In this document: positions 29,411 to 41,840 of the stretch, piece after piece
How the letters are laid out: every line of letters begins with the position of its first letter
How positions within the stretch are numbered: the first letter of the stretch is position 1
DNA from: the human T2T-CHM13v2.0 reference genome, Homo sapiens
DNA: 64,000 nt
Strand: one strand, 5' to 3'
Assembly (NCBI RefSeq): GCF_009914755.1
Contig: NC_060929.1
The notes under the pieces: model-generated
The model's input: only the letters and a program-made list of their open reading frames with translations
Database searches by the model: none
What the model was told of the DNA's origin: nothing
Program-made: the position numbers and the translations under genes

Positions 29411-29569
29411 CTGTAGATCCAGAAATATTTAAGAAAGATAAATAAATTAGAAAAATAGCACAAACAGAAAAGACAAAAATAAGTCATAATATATAATCTT
29501 AATAATAAATATAAATGAATCAATGCTCTAGTTACAAAAAAAATTTGCTAAAAAAAAAAAAAAAAAAAA
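29411..29569 (+). other. L1 3' transduction (~139 bp) plus second poly(A)
   Basis: Non-L1HS sequence between the first poly(A) and a second A tract (29550-29569), inside the TSD; AATAAA at 29504-29509. Confidence 0.9.
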
Positions 29570-32289
29570 GAAAATCACGTCAACCTTGTCCTTTGGGTTG
29601 TAATTATGTCTACCTTGTTTTGGATGGTTAAGGTATGCCATCTGTCTCCTCTTATTTTCCTATCATCCTTTCATCCCCATTGCTATTAGGGAACCCTGTT
29701 CTGTAAGACTAGTTCTACTATTAACCCAAGTGTTCCAAGTACAGCCACTATTGGGCTCCTTCTCACCAACACATTTATTTTTGCTTTGAGAAATTAGAGT
29801 GTCTTCCTTGCCATCCCATGGAGCATAGGTAGCTGGTGGGTGTTCCAGTTTTTCATAGCATATCATCTCTAGAAGATCCAATTATCTCAGTTTTTTTTCC
29901 CTTTCTTCCGGCATCTGCCAGGAAGTCTAGCATTCCTACTTACTATGGGCCATAGCTTTCTCCAAGCTTTGAACAGCCAATCTAGAATTTGTTACCATCT
30001 CCTGGTTTCTTTTCAGGTAGTTAAATCTTATATCATGGGAATGTTCTCTCGTATCAATAAATTTTCCCTTATCCAACTTTATATTCTATTCCTCTCAGCC
30101 TCTCAGCACCCAGCCCCATACATATACTCCTGGCTAATATACATTGGCCAAGTCTTACAGAACCATTCAAGGTAGAGTCTGTTTCTTCTTATGGCATGTC
30201 CAGCACTTGCCTTACTGGCTTATACTGTGGCTTAACCTTTGTTATTTATCTGACAGCTAGAAAGGATGTGGAAGTAGATACAAATAGATGGTAGGAAGGA
30301 CATATGTTGTCTTACGAGGCATAGGCACTTGCATCGTCTTCAAACAATGCAGAAATGCTAGCTCTTAACACGAAGAGGGGGGCCACTTCTGCAGACCCAG
30401 GACATTCAGAGAAAACTAGGGATTCAAGACTGTCAAATGAATAAACCCAGATGTCTCCCATCTCAAATCTCAGGGTGCCATACTTATCCAACCTGCTAAT
30501 TTTAGCATAGCTGATTTTATGAGGTTGAAAATTTAGACATTTTATATGCCTAGCAGCCTTATAATTAAGTTCTGGACCTGATTCTCAGCTTTTTCTGCCC
30601 TTCAATTCAATAGGTGTGATTTTCTGTGTTTCCAAGGAGGCTATACACACTTCAATCTCCAGCCAAAATGGGTAATGAATTGCCCTAAGTGTTTCATGTC
30701 TTTCTTTAAGACATAATAGCACTCAGCGTGAGCCACTCTATTCCATAGTCTAGTAATTACTAATTGTCCCAAACTTCTCAAATACCTGATATAGCCCCAA
30801 CCACTGCATTCTCTTTAACTGCCTCCCATCCCAATTCAATGGAAGTGTTACTATTCAGTGCTACTGCATGGCAATCACAGTGGAGGCCTCAGCCCATCCT
30901 GTGGAAAGCTGTGAAGTTGGTTTGGCGTGGAGAGATATCTTAATTTAAAGAAAGACAGCCAGGTCTTTGAATCCCTTCTATCATTGAGCCATTCCATGAG
31001 AACTTCCTCTTAGAAGTGCACTTAATCTCCGTGAGCCTTAATATTTGGTTGAAAGCAATCCTGAGTACAAGGGACTCAGTGTGAGCCATCAGTAAGCAAC
31101 ACTTTGGCAGCCAGGAGAGAAAATGCCTTGGAATCCGGGTATTCACTACACAAGATTAGCAGTAAATAGGCATGGGACTAAAATCCACAATGAAGCAAAA
31201 TTAATTTAGCACTGCAATGAAATAAGTAAATCTGCATTCAATAGAAAAAAAGTTATAAAACCCATTTGGAACAATGGCAATATTAATACTAACCAGAAAA
31301 AATTTATATAATAGATTTATGGATTTCTGTAAGGTCATACAAGATATTGAAACAGACTATATTAGACTTTAAAGGATAGCCTGTTGAGAGAAATCTTATG
31401 TGGTCATAAAAAGAAATTCAACAATTTCTCAGAAGAAATGAAGGGGTAAAGAAGTCTTTTTAAAAATCTTTATTTTATAATTAAACTCTATCAATTTATC
31501 TCAGTTCTACTCTGGAATAGATTTTTCACAAAGGGTGAATTAATCCTCTGCCCAAAGGGCCATTAATTTTTTATGGTGGCAATCAAAGGAAAATATTACA
31601 AAAGAAAATTACTTACGTCAAAATGCAAAGAAATTGAAAACCTGTGCCATATGTACAAGTATATAACAGGCAATGATACCATGCATGCCATAGATGTGCA
31701 TAGATTTCCGGTTCTTTGAAAGCAGGGACTCCACCTTATTCATCTTTATATACCAAATGTCTGCCACAATGCTTTGCAAGCAAAAAAGTTTTACAAATAT
31801 TTTATGAGTGAGAGAGTCAATTAATTCAAAAATAGATTAATATAAATTCTATGGCTACACTCAAATTTCATTTCATTTGTCTAGTAAGTAATTTGTCTAA
31901 TGTTTACTGAGACATGTTTTAAATAAAGATTTGAACATTAAAATTATCCTTATAGACTTTTGTCATGGGAATTATATAGTTTACTAAAGACAATGGAGAG
32001 TTCTCTTTCTAAAAAGTGATATATTTAATATCCTGTGTTATTCAATAAATACTATTAAAACCAGCATATGCTGATTGATGATGGATTATATGGCAGGATG
32101 CTGACAGGTGCTGGGAAGGAAGAAAAATCATCCAAAATTTCTTCCTACAAGAAACATAGAGTTTGTAGTGATGGTAGCATTCATGTGAAAATTAACTATG
32201 ATCAGACGAGATAATGTAAGAATTAAGTAGAAGAATTAAGATTGCTAATTAATTAAAATTGAGATTGATCATTCTCTACTGAGCTATCA

Positions 32290-32720
32290 TTTATCCATCC
32301 TCAAGCAATGGAACCCAAATTTTAGCTGGATATATAACTCCAGAATAACTGTTTCTCAGCCTCCTTTGCAGCTGCGGTAGCCATGCGACCAACCTCTGGT
32401 AGAGTGTAAGCAAGCATTCTGCAAGAATTCCAAGAAAGTCTCTTTAAAGGAGGTGACTTCTTCCCTACTGCTTAATCCTTAGAATGGGACCATTATAATC
32501 AGATTTCCAAAAACCATCTTGGACCAGGAGGTAATTTTGAGCAAGAAAGCCACGTGCTGAGAATAGTAAATGGCAAACCATCTGAGTCCCTGGGGATAAT
32601 GGAGCAAACTTACTATCAGAGGAAAGAAAGAAACCTCTATCTTACTTAAGCCACTTTATCCTATTTATATTTGTTTTTATACCTTACTAAATAAAGGCAA
32701 ACCTAAGTCCAGTTGATACT
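32290..32720 (+). mobile_element. Old MaLR LTR (MLT1J/K-like)
   Basis: tttctcagcctcctttgcagct...ccatcttggacca...cttacttaagccact. Confidence 0.55.
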
Positions 32721-33563
32721 ATAAGCATGAAAAAGCAGTCATTTAATTTTATAGGAGGACTGAAAGTTTGAGGGAGGAGGTGTCTTTTGAGTTAGAACTA
32801 AGATGAGGAAATTCTGAACCTCAACTTTTATCATTAGTCTGAAAAAAAGACATGGTAAAATATTTTGCATGCTATATTTGTGTAGAATCAATTCCACAAA
32901 AGAGTCAATAATGACAGCTCTATTTTTTAAGGTTCAGTTGTTCCAGTCTTCCTATTCTGCTTTGATTATATTTAAATTTTTTCTTTGAATCCCGTAAGTG
33001 AATGCCGTAATTTATTTCCCTGAGAAAAGACAATTGTAGTTTATAAACACACTTTTAAAATATACATAGGTGCCAATTATGCTTTCAAAACAACTAATCT
33101 TGAAAGCAGAATTCTATATGTATATATTTTCATGTATATGTGAAAATGACTTATTTGATATCATTAAATACAGAGTGCATTATTTTGTTCTCAGACTGAG
33201 TGTATAATAAGGTGTGGAATAGGGCATTCTGAGGATACCAATGCAAAATCAGTCGAAAAGTATACGAAAACCCTTTTCACTCTGTTGACACTTCATTATT
33301 TGTAGACTGCAGTAATATCTGCAAAGTAGGTTATTGTCTTCCTTGACATACATTTCTAAATAGATGGATATATAGCTTAGCATACATTCCTGGAAAGAGT
33401 GCATGTGGGGTTTGGAGGGAGGTGGAAGAAGTATATTGAGGAACTTTTGCAAATCACATAATATTGTAACTAAACTAAATAGTTATTAAAAGAAATTTTT
33501 TGGCAAAGCAAAGAATATGTCTATAATTTTTTGAAATTGCTTGTCAAAACCCATTTGACAAAC

Positions 33564-34070
33564 TGTGAAGAGCCTGAGATTTATCCTACTTGCAAGCTAG
33601 CAGGTTAGTCAGCCACAGTTTCACTGATGCTGGCAGAAGACCCTAGACTCCTAGGTCAGAGACAGAGGGTTTTATTATTCATGGCCTGCAAGCAGCAGGA
33701 GCTTGATGCTCATGTACCTTCCGCTAGCCCCCAAATCCCATGAAGGCAATGTAGAAAGGCACATGTGGATACTACACATACAGTGGGCTGTTGGCACAGA
33801 ACACAAATTATCTTAAATAGGCTGCAAGCAAACTCTCCTGACATTTGTCAAAAAGGACTACATTATCTTTATTATAATGGACAATAAACAAATCTGCTCT
33901 TTGCTACAGAAGGAGAGATTATCTCTACCTTCTAAGACTTTTGCTATACAAACATCCTTGAGAAGATAGGAAGTGCTTCTGATCACAATTTCAAGATGTG
34001 AAGTGCATCCTTGAGAAGACTGGACATGCAGAAACATGAGAAACCCATGAAGAAATGTCCTTCAATAATA
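33564..34070 (-). mobile_element. Old LTR, family not assigned
   Basis: Starts tgtgaagagcctgag; minus-strand AATAAA (ttttatt ~33670); LTR-like phrases; similarity from memory only. Confidence 0.4.
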
Positions 34071-34111
34071 TATTTCTCCCTCTGGACCAGTGCTAAAAGA
34101 ACTTTCTGTGG

Positions 34112-34553
<442 letters not shown>

Positions 34554-34982
34554 CTACTGAGGAGTTGAAGTGTGGCTACTGCAATAGTAAACTGAATTTA
34601 GTTTTAATAATATAAATTTAAATGTAAATAGGCACAAGTGGGTAATGCCTACGGTAATGGGCAGCACATATCTAAACAATATACTTCTTGATAGTGATGT
34701 CTTCACCCAGACATTCTCCACAGAGTTTCTTACAGTCATAGACACACTGAAAGAATTTTAAATGAATTTGTAGATTAAAAAGGTAGTCAAAATTACACCC
34801 TAATTGAAAGGTTATCTAAATAGTTTTAAGGGCATAGCCGTACCTCCTGGTTCTAAGACATAAAAAATAATAAAGTCAGCAATGTAAGCTTCTCAAAGGC
34901 CAATAAACATTCCTTATGCATTAAACACACGCATTCAGCAAACATTCATTGAGTCGCTAAGAGATAAAATCAAGAATGATGG

Positions 34983-35502
34983 TGTTTTTGTTTCCTCTTG
35001 CTAAAACTTAGAAAATTAACAAATTTAGCACATTTAGTAAATTAACAAAATTTAGTGGACTAAAATTACAGTTCTGGAGGGAGCAGTTCAAAATCAGCTT
35101 TGGGGAGCTAACAATCCAGATGCTGGCAGGGCTGTGTCTCCTCTGAAGGCCCTAAGGGTGAATCTGTTTCTTGTACTTTTCCAGCTTTCAGAGACCAACT
35201 GCACTCTTCAGTTCATGGCCCCACATCATTTCGACCTCTGCTTCCATCATCACAACTCCTCTCTTTTTTGCTTTTTTTTTTCCACATCACCTTGTCTTCC
35301 TCTGACTTTCTCGCCTCCTTCTCATAAGGGCCTTTGTGTTTACCTTGAGTCCACTCAGGTAATTCAGGATATTCCCGCATTTCAAGGTCCATAACCTTAA
35401 CCACATCTGCAAAGTCTCCTCTGCCATGTATGGTAATATATCACATATTCCAGGGATAAGGACATGGACGTTTTTTGGGGTGTCATTATTCAGCATACCA
35501 CA
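34983..35502 (-). mobile_element. MaLR LTR (MLT1D-like)
   Basis: cagttctggagg...ggcagggctg...ccttaaccacatctgcaaagtc...ggataaggacatggac...attcagcataccaca. Confidence 0.8.
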
Positions 35503-36844
35503 GATGCCTAGGGTTTTGTTGAAGAGCAATTCTAAGAATTTCAGAAGAGAAACAGATAAAAAGACATGGTTTCTATCCTTCTGTAGGTTACACTTTAGTA
35601 GGGAGAGACAGATTATAAGGAAATTAAAAGCTACATACAAAATATAAATTCAGGTTTGATAAGTGCAATGAAGAAAATAAGTAGAGAGAGGTGATGATTG
35701 CTTGGGAAGGCAGCAACTTTAGATAAAGTGGTTAGGAATGACTTTTCTGAGAAAATGACATTTGAGGTAAATTATGAAGGGTGAGGAAAGGCTCAAGGAG
35801 AAATCAGAGAAGCGCATTCCCCACTGGAGCAGCACAGTGAAAGCCAAGTCTCCGGGAGAGGAATGAGGCCGACAAGAAGGAGGAACTGAAAGGAGGCCAG
35901 GAGATCTGCATATGAAACAAGGTAAGGAGTGAGAGAGTATAGATTAAGATGAGGTCAGAGAGAGAAGCAAAAGGTGGATCATAATGGGAATTTAAGCCAT
36001 GAGAAGAAAGTCCATTTTATGCTGAAGACAAAGGGAAATCACTGAATATTTTCAAGTAAGGGAGGATCACGGTCTGAAATGAAATTTACTTTTTATTTAT
36101 TCATTTATTTTTGAGACATAGTCTTTCTCTGTCACCCAGGCTGTATTGCAATGCCATGATCATGGCTCACTACAACCCTCTGCCTCCCGGGTTCAAGAGA
36201 TTCTCCTGCCTCAGCCTCCCGTGTAGCTGGGATTACAGGCGTGCACCACCACCACACCCACCTAATTTTTGTATTTTTAGTAGAGATGGGGTTTTGCCAT
36301 GTTGGCCAGGCTTGTCTCGAATACCTGACCTCAAGTGATCTGCCCGCCTCAGCCTCCCGAAGGGCTGAAATTACAGATATAAGCCATCACACCTAGACTT
36401 ACGTTGTTTAAATATTACATTAGCTGCTGTGCTGGGAATGCATTAGACAGGAGGAGCAAAGGGAACAAGAATAGCAGCAGGCTGACCAGTTCTGAAGGCA
36501 AAAGATGGTGGAGACAAAGGCCAGCATGACTCTGGTGGAGATGGCAAGATGTGTGTGATGTGTCTATTTTGAAGATGGAAGTGATGGGACTTAGTGATGG
36601 ATTGGGTTTGGAGCATTAACTAAGAGAAATAAATCAAGAATGATGCTTAGTTGTTTGCCTTGATAAAATATTGTAGATCATAATGACTTTCACTTAAGTG
36701 AGGAAAAGAACAGAAAAGAACAGTGATCTTGGAGGAGATGATGGGAATTTGAGGTATTAAGTGGGAATTCCTGTAACATTTTAAATTACAATTATTAGAT
36801 GGGAAGTTGGATGTATAAGACAGATTAGAGGCTAAATTTGGACA

Positions 36845-36883
<39 letters not shown>

Positions 36884-36950
36884 TGACATATGTAATATGA
36901 TATGCAAAGTCATAGAAATAAATGAAGACACTATATAAGGAAAATAATAG
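35503..36950 (-). mobile_element. L2 LINE fragments (host of MLT1D and an Alu)
   Basis: AG-rich reverse L2 phrases (gacatttgag, gatgaggtcagagag, gctgctgtg, gtctattttgaag, gttggatgtataag). Confidence 0.65.
36090..36398 (-). mobile_element. Alu (AluS-like)
   Basis: Reverse Alu dimer with (TTTA)n tail. Confidence 0.95.
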
Positions 36951-37059
36951 GGAATGGATCCCTGTTGCAAGAAGATCCAACATGATTAAATAGGATAGAA
37001 TAGGTGGAAAACAAGATGAACATGAGAAAGGGCCACTGATTAAGAAAACAGAAATATAA

Positions 37060-37342
37060 GAGTGTTGGTCAAAGGGTACAATGTTTCATTTAGAAAAGAG
37101 GATTAAGTGTTAGTGATTTATTGCACAGCATAGTGACCATAGTTAATAATAATGTACCATATATTTCAAAATTGCTAAAAGAGCAGATTTTAAATGTTCC
37201 CAACCAAAAAAATGATAAGTACATGAGGTGCTAGATATGTGAATTCACTTGATTTAATCATTGAACAATGTGTGTAGATACATCAAAACATTATATTCTC
37301 CATAAATATATAAAATTTTTATTTGTCAATTAAAAACAAAAA
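37060..37342 (+). mobile_element. L1MA-like 3' end
   Basis: ggtcaaagggtaca...cagcatagtgaccatagttaataat...aaaattgctaaaagag...tttgtcaattaaaa. Confidence 0.8.
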
Positions 37343-38554
37343 TATGCCATGTTTAATAGAAGTGGTGAGAGAGGGCATCCTTGTCTTGTGCCAGTTTTCA
37401 AGGGAAATGCTTCCAGCTTTTGCTTAGTCAGTATGATGTTGGGCGTGGGTTTTGTCATAGATGGCTCTTACTATTTTGTGGTATGTTCCTTTAACACCTA
37501 GTATATTGAGAGTTTTTAACATGAAGGTGTGTTGAATTTTATCAGAAGCCTTATCTGTATCTGTTGAGGTAATCATGTGTTTTTTTTCTTTAGTTCTATT
37601 TATGTGATGAATTATATTTATTAATTTTTGTATGTTGAACCAAACTTGCATCTCAGGGATAAAGCCTAATTGATCATGTTGAATAAGCTTTTGGATGTGC
37701 TGATGGACTTGGTTTGCAAGTATTTTGTTGAGGATCTTTGCATCAATGTATGCCAAGGATATCAGCCTGAAGTTTTATTTTCTTGTGTTTCTTCCAGGTT
37801 TTGGCATCAGGATGATGCTGGCCTCATAGAATGAGTTAGGGAGGAGTCCCTCCTCCTCAATTTTTTGGAATAGTTTCAGCAGGGATAGTAGCAGCTCTTC
37901 TTGGTACAACTGGTAGAATTCAGCTGTGCATCTACCTGGTTCCTGGCTTTTTTGGATAGTAAGATTTTTATTATTGACTCAATTTCAGAGCTTCTTATTA
38001 GTCTGTGCAGGGATTCAGTTTCTTCCTGGTGCAGTTTTGGGAAGGTATATGTGTCCAGGAACTTACAGAGAAAGAAATAAAAGTATCCAACTAGAAACTG
38101 TCCCTGTTTGCAGACGACATGATCCTACATCTAGACAACTCCGTAGTCTCAGCCCAAAAGCTCCTTAAGCTGATAAACAACATCAATGAAGTCTCAGGAT
38201 ACAAAATCGATGGCAAAAATCACGAACATTCCTATACACCAGTAAGAGTCAAACCAAGAACCAAAGCAGGAATGTGATTTCATTCACAATTGCCACACAC
38301 ACACAAATAAAATACCGAGGAATACAGCTAACCAGGTAGGTGACAAATCTCTACAAGGATAACTATAAAACACTGCTCAAAGAAATCAGATATGACACAA
38401 ACAAATGGAAAAACATCTTGTGCTCATGGATAGGAAAAATCAGTATCATTGAAATGGCCGTACTACCCAAAGCAACTTATAGATTCAATGCTATTTCTAT
38501 TAAACTAGTGCTGACGTTCTTCACAGAACTAGAAAAATTTTAAAATTCAAATAG

Positions 38555-38833
38555 GGCCAAACACAGTGGCTCACTCCTGTAATACCAGCACTTTGAGAGG
38601 CTGAAGTGGGCGGATTGCTTGAGTCCATGAGTTTGAGACCAGCCTGGCCAATATGGTGAAACCCTGTCTTTACTAAAAATACAAAAATTAGCCTGGCATG
38701 ATGGCATGAGCCTGTAGGCCCAGCTACTGGAGAGGCTGAGGCACAAGAACCACTTGAACCCAGGAGGCAGTCACAATGAGCTGAGATCATGTCACTGAAC
38801 TCTTGAGACTCTGTCTCAATAAATAAATAAATA
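38555..38833 (+). mobile_element. Alu (old S/J), small right-arm deletion, (AAAT)n tail
   Basis: ggccaaacacagtggctcac...gagactctgtctcaataaataaat. Confidence 0.93.
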
Positions 38834-40221
38834 AAATTCTATGGAATCAAGAAAGAACCCAAATAGACAAGGAAATTCTAAACAAAAAGGACAAAGCTGG
38901 GGAATTCATGTTACCCAACTTCAAACTATGCTACAAGGCTATAATAACAAAAATAGCATGTTACTGTTACAAAAACAGACACATAGACGAATGGAACAGA
39001 ATAGAGAGCCCAGAAATAATGCCACGTACCTACAACCATCTAATCTTCAACAAAATCGACAAAAGCAAACAATGGGGAAAAGACTCCCTATATTCAATAA
39101 ATGATGCTGGAATAACTGGCTAGCCATATGCAGAAGATTGAAACTGGACCCCTTCTGTACACCGTATACAAAAACCAACTCAAGATGGATGAAAGATTTA
39201 AATATAAAAGCTAAAATTACAAAAACCCTGGAAGATAACCTAGGAAATACCATTCTGAACTTAGAACCTGGCAAAGATTTCATGACAAAGACACCAAAAG
39301 CTATGGCAAGTAAAACAAAAATTAACAATTGGGACCTAGTTAAACTAAAGAATTTCTTCACAGCAAAAGAAATTATCAATAAACAAACAACCTAAAGAAT
39401 GCAAGAAAATCTTTGCAAACTATGCACCTGACAAAGGTCTAATATCCAGAATGCATAAGGAACTTAAATTAGCAAGCAAAAACAAACCACCCCATTAAAA
39501 AGTGGGCAAAGGACATGAACAGACACTTTTCAAAAGAAGACATACAAGTAGCCCACAAACATATGAAAATATGCTCAACATCACTAATCATTAGAGAAAT
39601 GCAAAACCATGCCACATGAGATATTAAAAACTGCACTCACACTGGTCAGAATAATTATTATTAAAAAGTAAAAAAATAACAGATGTTGGTGAGGTTGTAG
39701 AGAAAAGGGAACACTTACACACTGCTAGGGGGAATGTAAATTAGTTCAGCCATATGGAAAGCAGTGCAGCAATTCCTCAAAGAACTTAACACAGAATTAC
39801 CATTCAAACCAGCAATCCAATTATTGGGTATGTACCCAAAGGAATATAAATCATTCTACCATAAAGACACATGCACTTGTATGTTCATCACAGCACTACT
39901 GACAATAGCAAAGACATAGAATCAACCTAAATGCCCATCAGTGGTAGACTGGATAAAGCAAATGCAGTACATATACACCATAGAATACTACACAACCATA
40001 AAAAAGAATGAGATCATGTCCCTTGTAGCAACATGGATGGAACTGGAGGCCAATATCCTAAGCAAACTAATGTAGAAATAAACAACTAAATATCACATCT
40101 TCTCACTTATAAGTAAAAGCTAAACATTGAGAAGACATGCACACAAAGGAAAAAACAACAGACACTGGGGTCTGCTTGCAGATGGAGATGGGAGGAGAGA
40201 GAATCAAAAAACGACCTGACA

Positions 40222-40492
40222 GGCCAGGCTCAGTGGCTCATGCCTGTAATCCCAGCACTTTGGGAGGTCAAGGCAGATGGATCACCCAAGGTCATGAGTT
40301 CGAGACCAGCCTGGCCAACATGAAGAAACCCCGTCTCTACTAAAAAAATTCAAAAATTAGTCAGACAGGTGCATCCCTGTTGTCGCAGCTACCTGGGAGG
40401 CTGAGGCAGGAGAATCGCTTGAACCCGGGAGGCAAAGGTTGCAGAGCCAAGATCGTGCCACTGCACTCCAGCCTGGGCAACAGAGCAAGACT
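40222..40492 (+). mobile_element. AluS lacking its A tail
   Basis: ggccaggctcagtggctcatgcc...cagagcaagact joined directly to L1 3'UTR sequence. Confidence 0.93.
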
Positions 40493-41659
40493 GACACACA
40501 GTTTACCTACATAACAAGCCTGCATATGTACTCCTGAACCTAAAATAAATGATTAAAAAACTATAAATAATCACACTCTATCAATAATATTGTGGCATGA
40601 TAATGGTATCCAAATGATGAAAATAGAAGTTTCTCATAAATGCTGTTGTATGTCCTATCTATGTGAAATATATCACACTTAGTAATATATGCGTGTGTAT
40701 ATATATACATAAATATATGTGTACATATATATGTAAACTAAATAAAGAAAATAAATTCAAGATAGCTTTGGTGCCATGGAATCAGAGAAAATAGTATTTA
40801 AAGAGCTGTGTCAAGGGCTTCTGAGAAGTCAGGTACCACAACGGCAGAGAAATGCCCAGTAGATTCAGCAGCATGACGTTTTTTTGATGACCTGGGCAGG
40901 GGTGGTTTTACTGGCAGCCAAAGCCAAATTAAGAGTCGATTGAAGAGGGAATCATAGATGAATAGATGAGAAGTGAAGAATGGTGAGGCTGATAACTCCC
41001 TCCTGCAGGTCTGTGCTGACACAGAGCAGTGAAACAGGGCTAGACGAGGATATGAGGTCAAATAATTTGTTTTTAATGGGAAGAGGTAGAGCATATTTTT
41101 ATATTATTGAGAAAGATCTGGAAGAGACTGTGATGCTGGCTCACCAAGCAGAGGTCAGTCTTTGGAAAGGCACAGAGGACAAGTGGAGAAATTTATATTC
41201 CAAGGATCAGAGGCAATTCTCCTATAAAATAGGAAGGCAAATATAAAATCAGTGCATAGGGCAAATTATATTTGTAGTTTTAGCACAAAGAGGAAAGAGT
41301 TCTACTCTAATGAAACTTCTATTTTCTCAATAAAATACATTCCCTGTATCTTTCTCAGTGAAGTGTCTTATTTTCCCAGTGAAAAAATGGAGGGCATGAG
41401 CTGAATGTTTGGGTGAGGGGGAGACAGGGCCAGGTGGAGGGACTGAGAAAAGAAAGGGAAAGTCAACCTAAGAGCAGGAACAATTCTTTTACGAGGTTAT
41501 GATTTTGTTTGTTTTTACAGAAGGAAAGAAACTGTGCAATTCTAAGAAGGTTGTTACTAGAGGGATACTAGATAGAATATGGAAAATATATCCAAAGTGG
41601 GCAGTAGCAAGGAAAAGAGTGGGATAAGGGTTGTGGATACAAAGCCTTACTACAGTATG

Positions 41660-41840
41660 CTAGGTGCCAAAGGTATATTATTTTAGTACTCACAAATTAT
41701 GAGGAAGGTGCAATTTTTTCCATTTTACAGTTGAGGAGACCAAAGCTCAGAGATGTGAAGCAGTTTTCTTTAAGGCTAACCACAACAATTAAATAGCAGA
41801 ATTTAGAATCAAGATCAAGTCTGACACAAAAGCTCATGTT
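41660..41840 (-). mobile_element. MIR SINE
   Basis: ccattttacagttgaggagaccaaagctcagagatgtgaag. Confidence 0.75.

Larger units (their letters stand above)
37346..40560 (+). mobile_element. 5'-truncated, 5'-inverted L1PA15/16-like element with two nested Alus
   Basis: 37346-~38065 antisense ORF2 ([12 protein letters not shown]...), ~38066-40560 sense ORF2 remainder (FADDM region onward) and 3'UTR; many stops and frameshifts. Confidence 0.9.

Noticed and set aside
37424-39395. RT-like ORFs as functional genes
   Set aside because: Frameshifted fragments of the old inverted L1 ORF2
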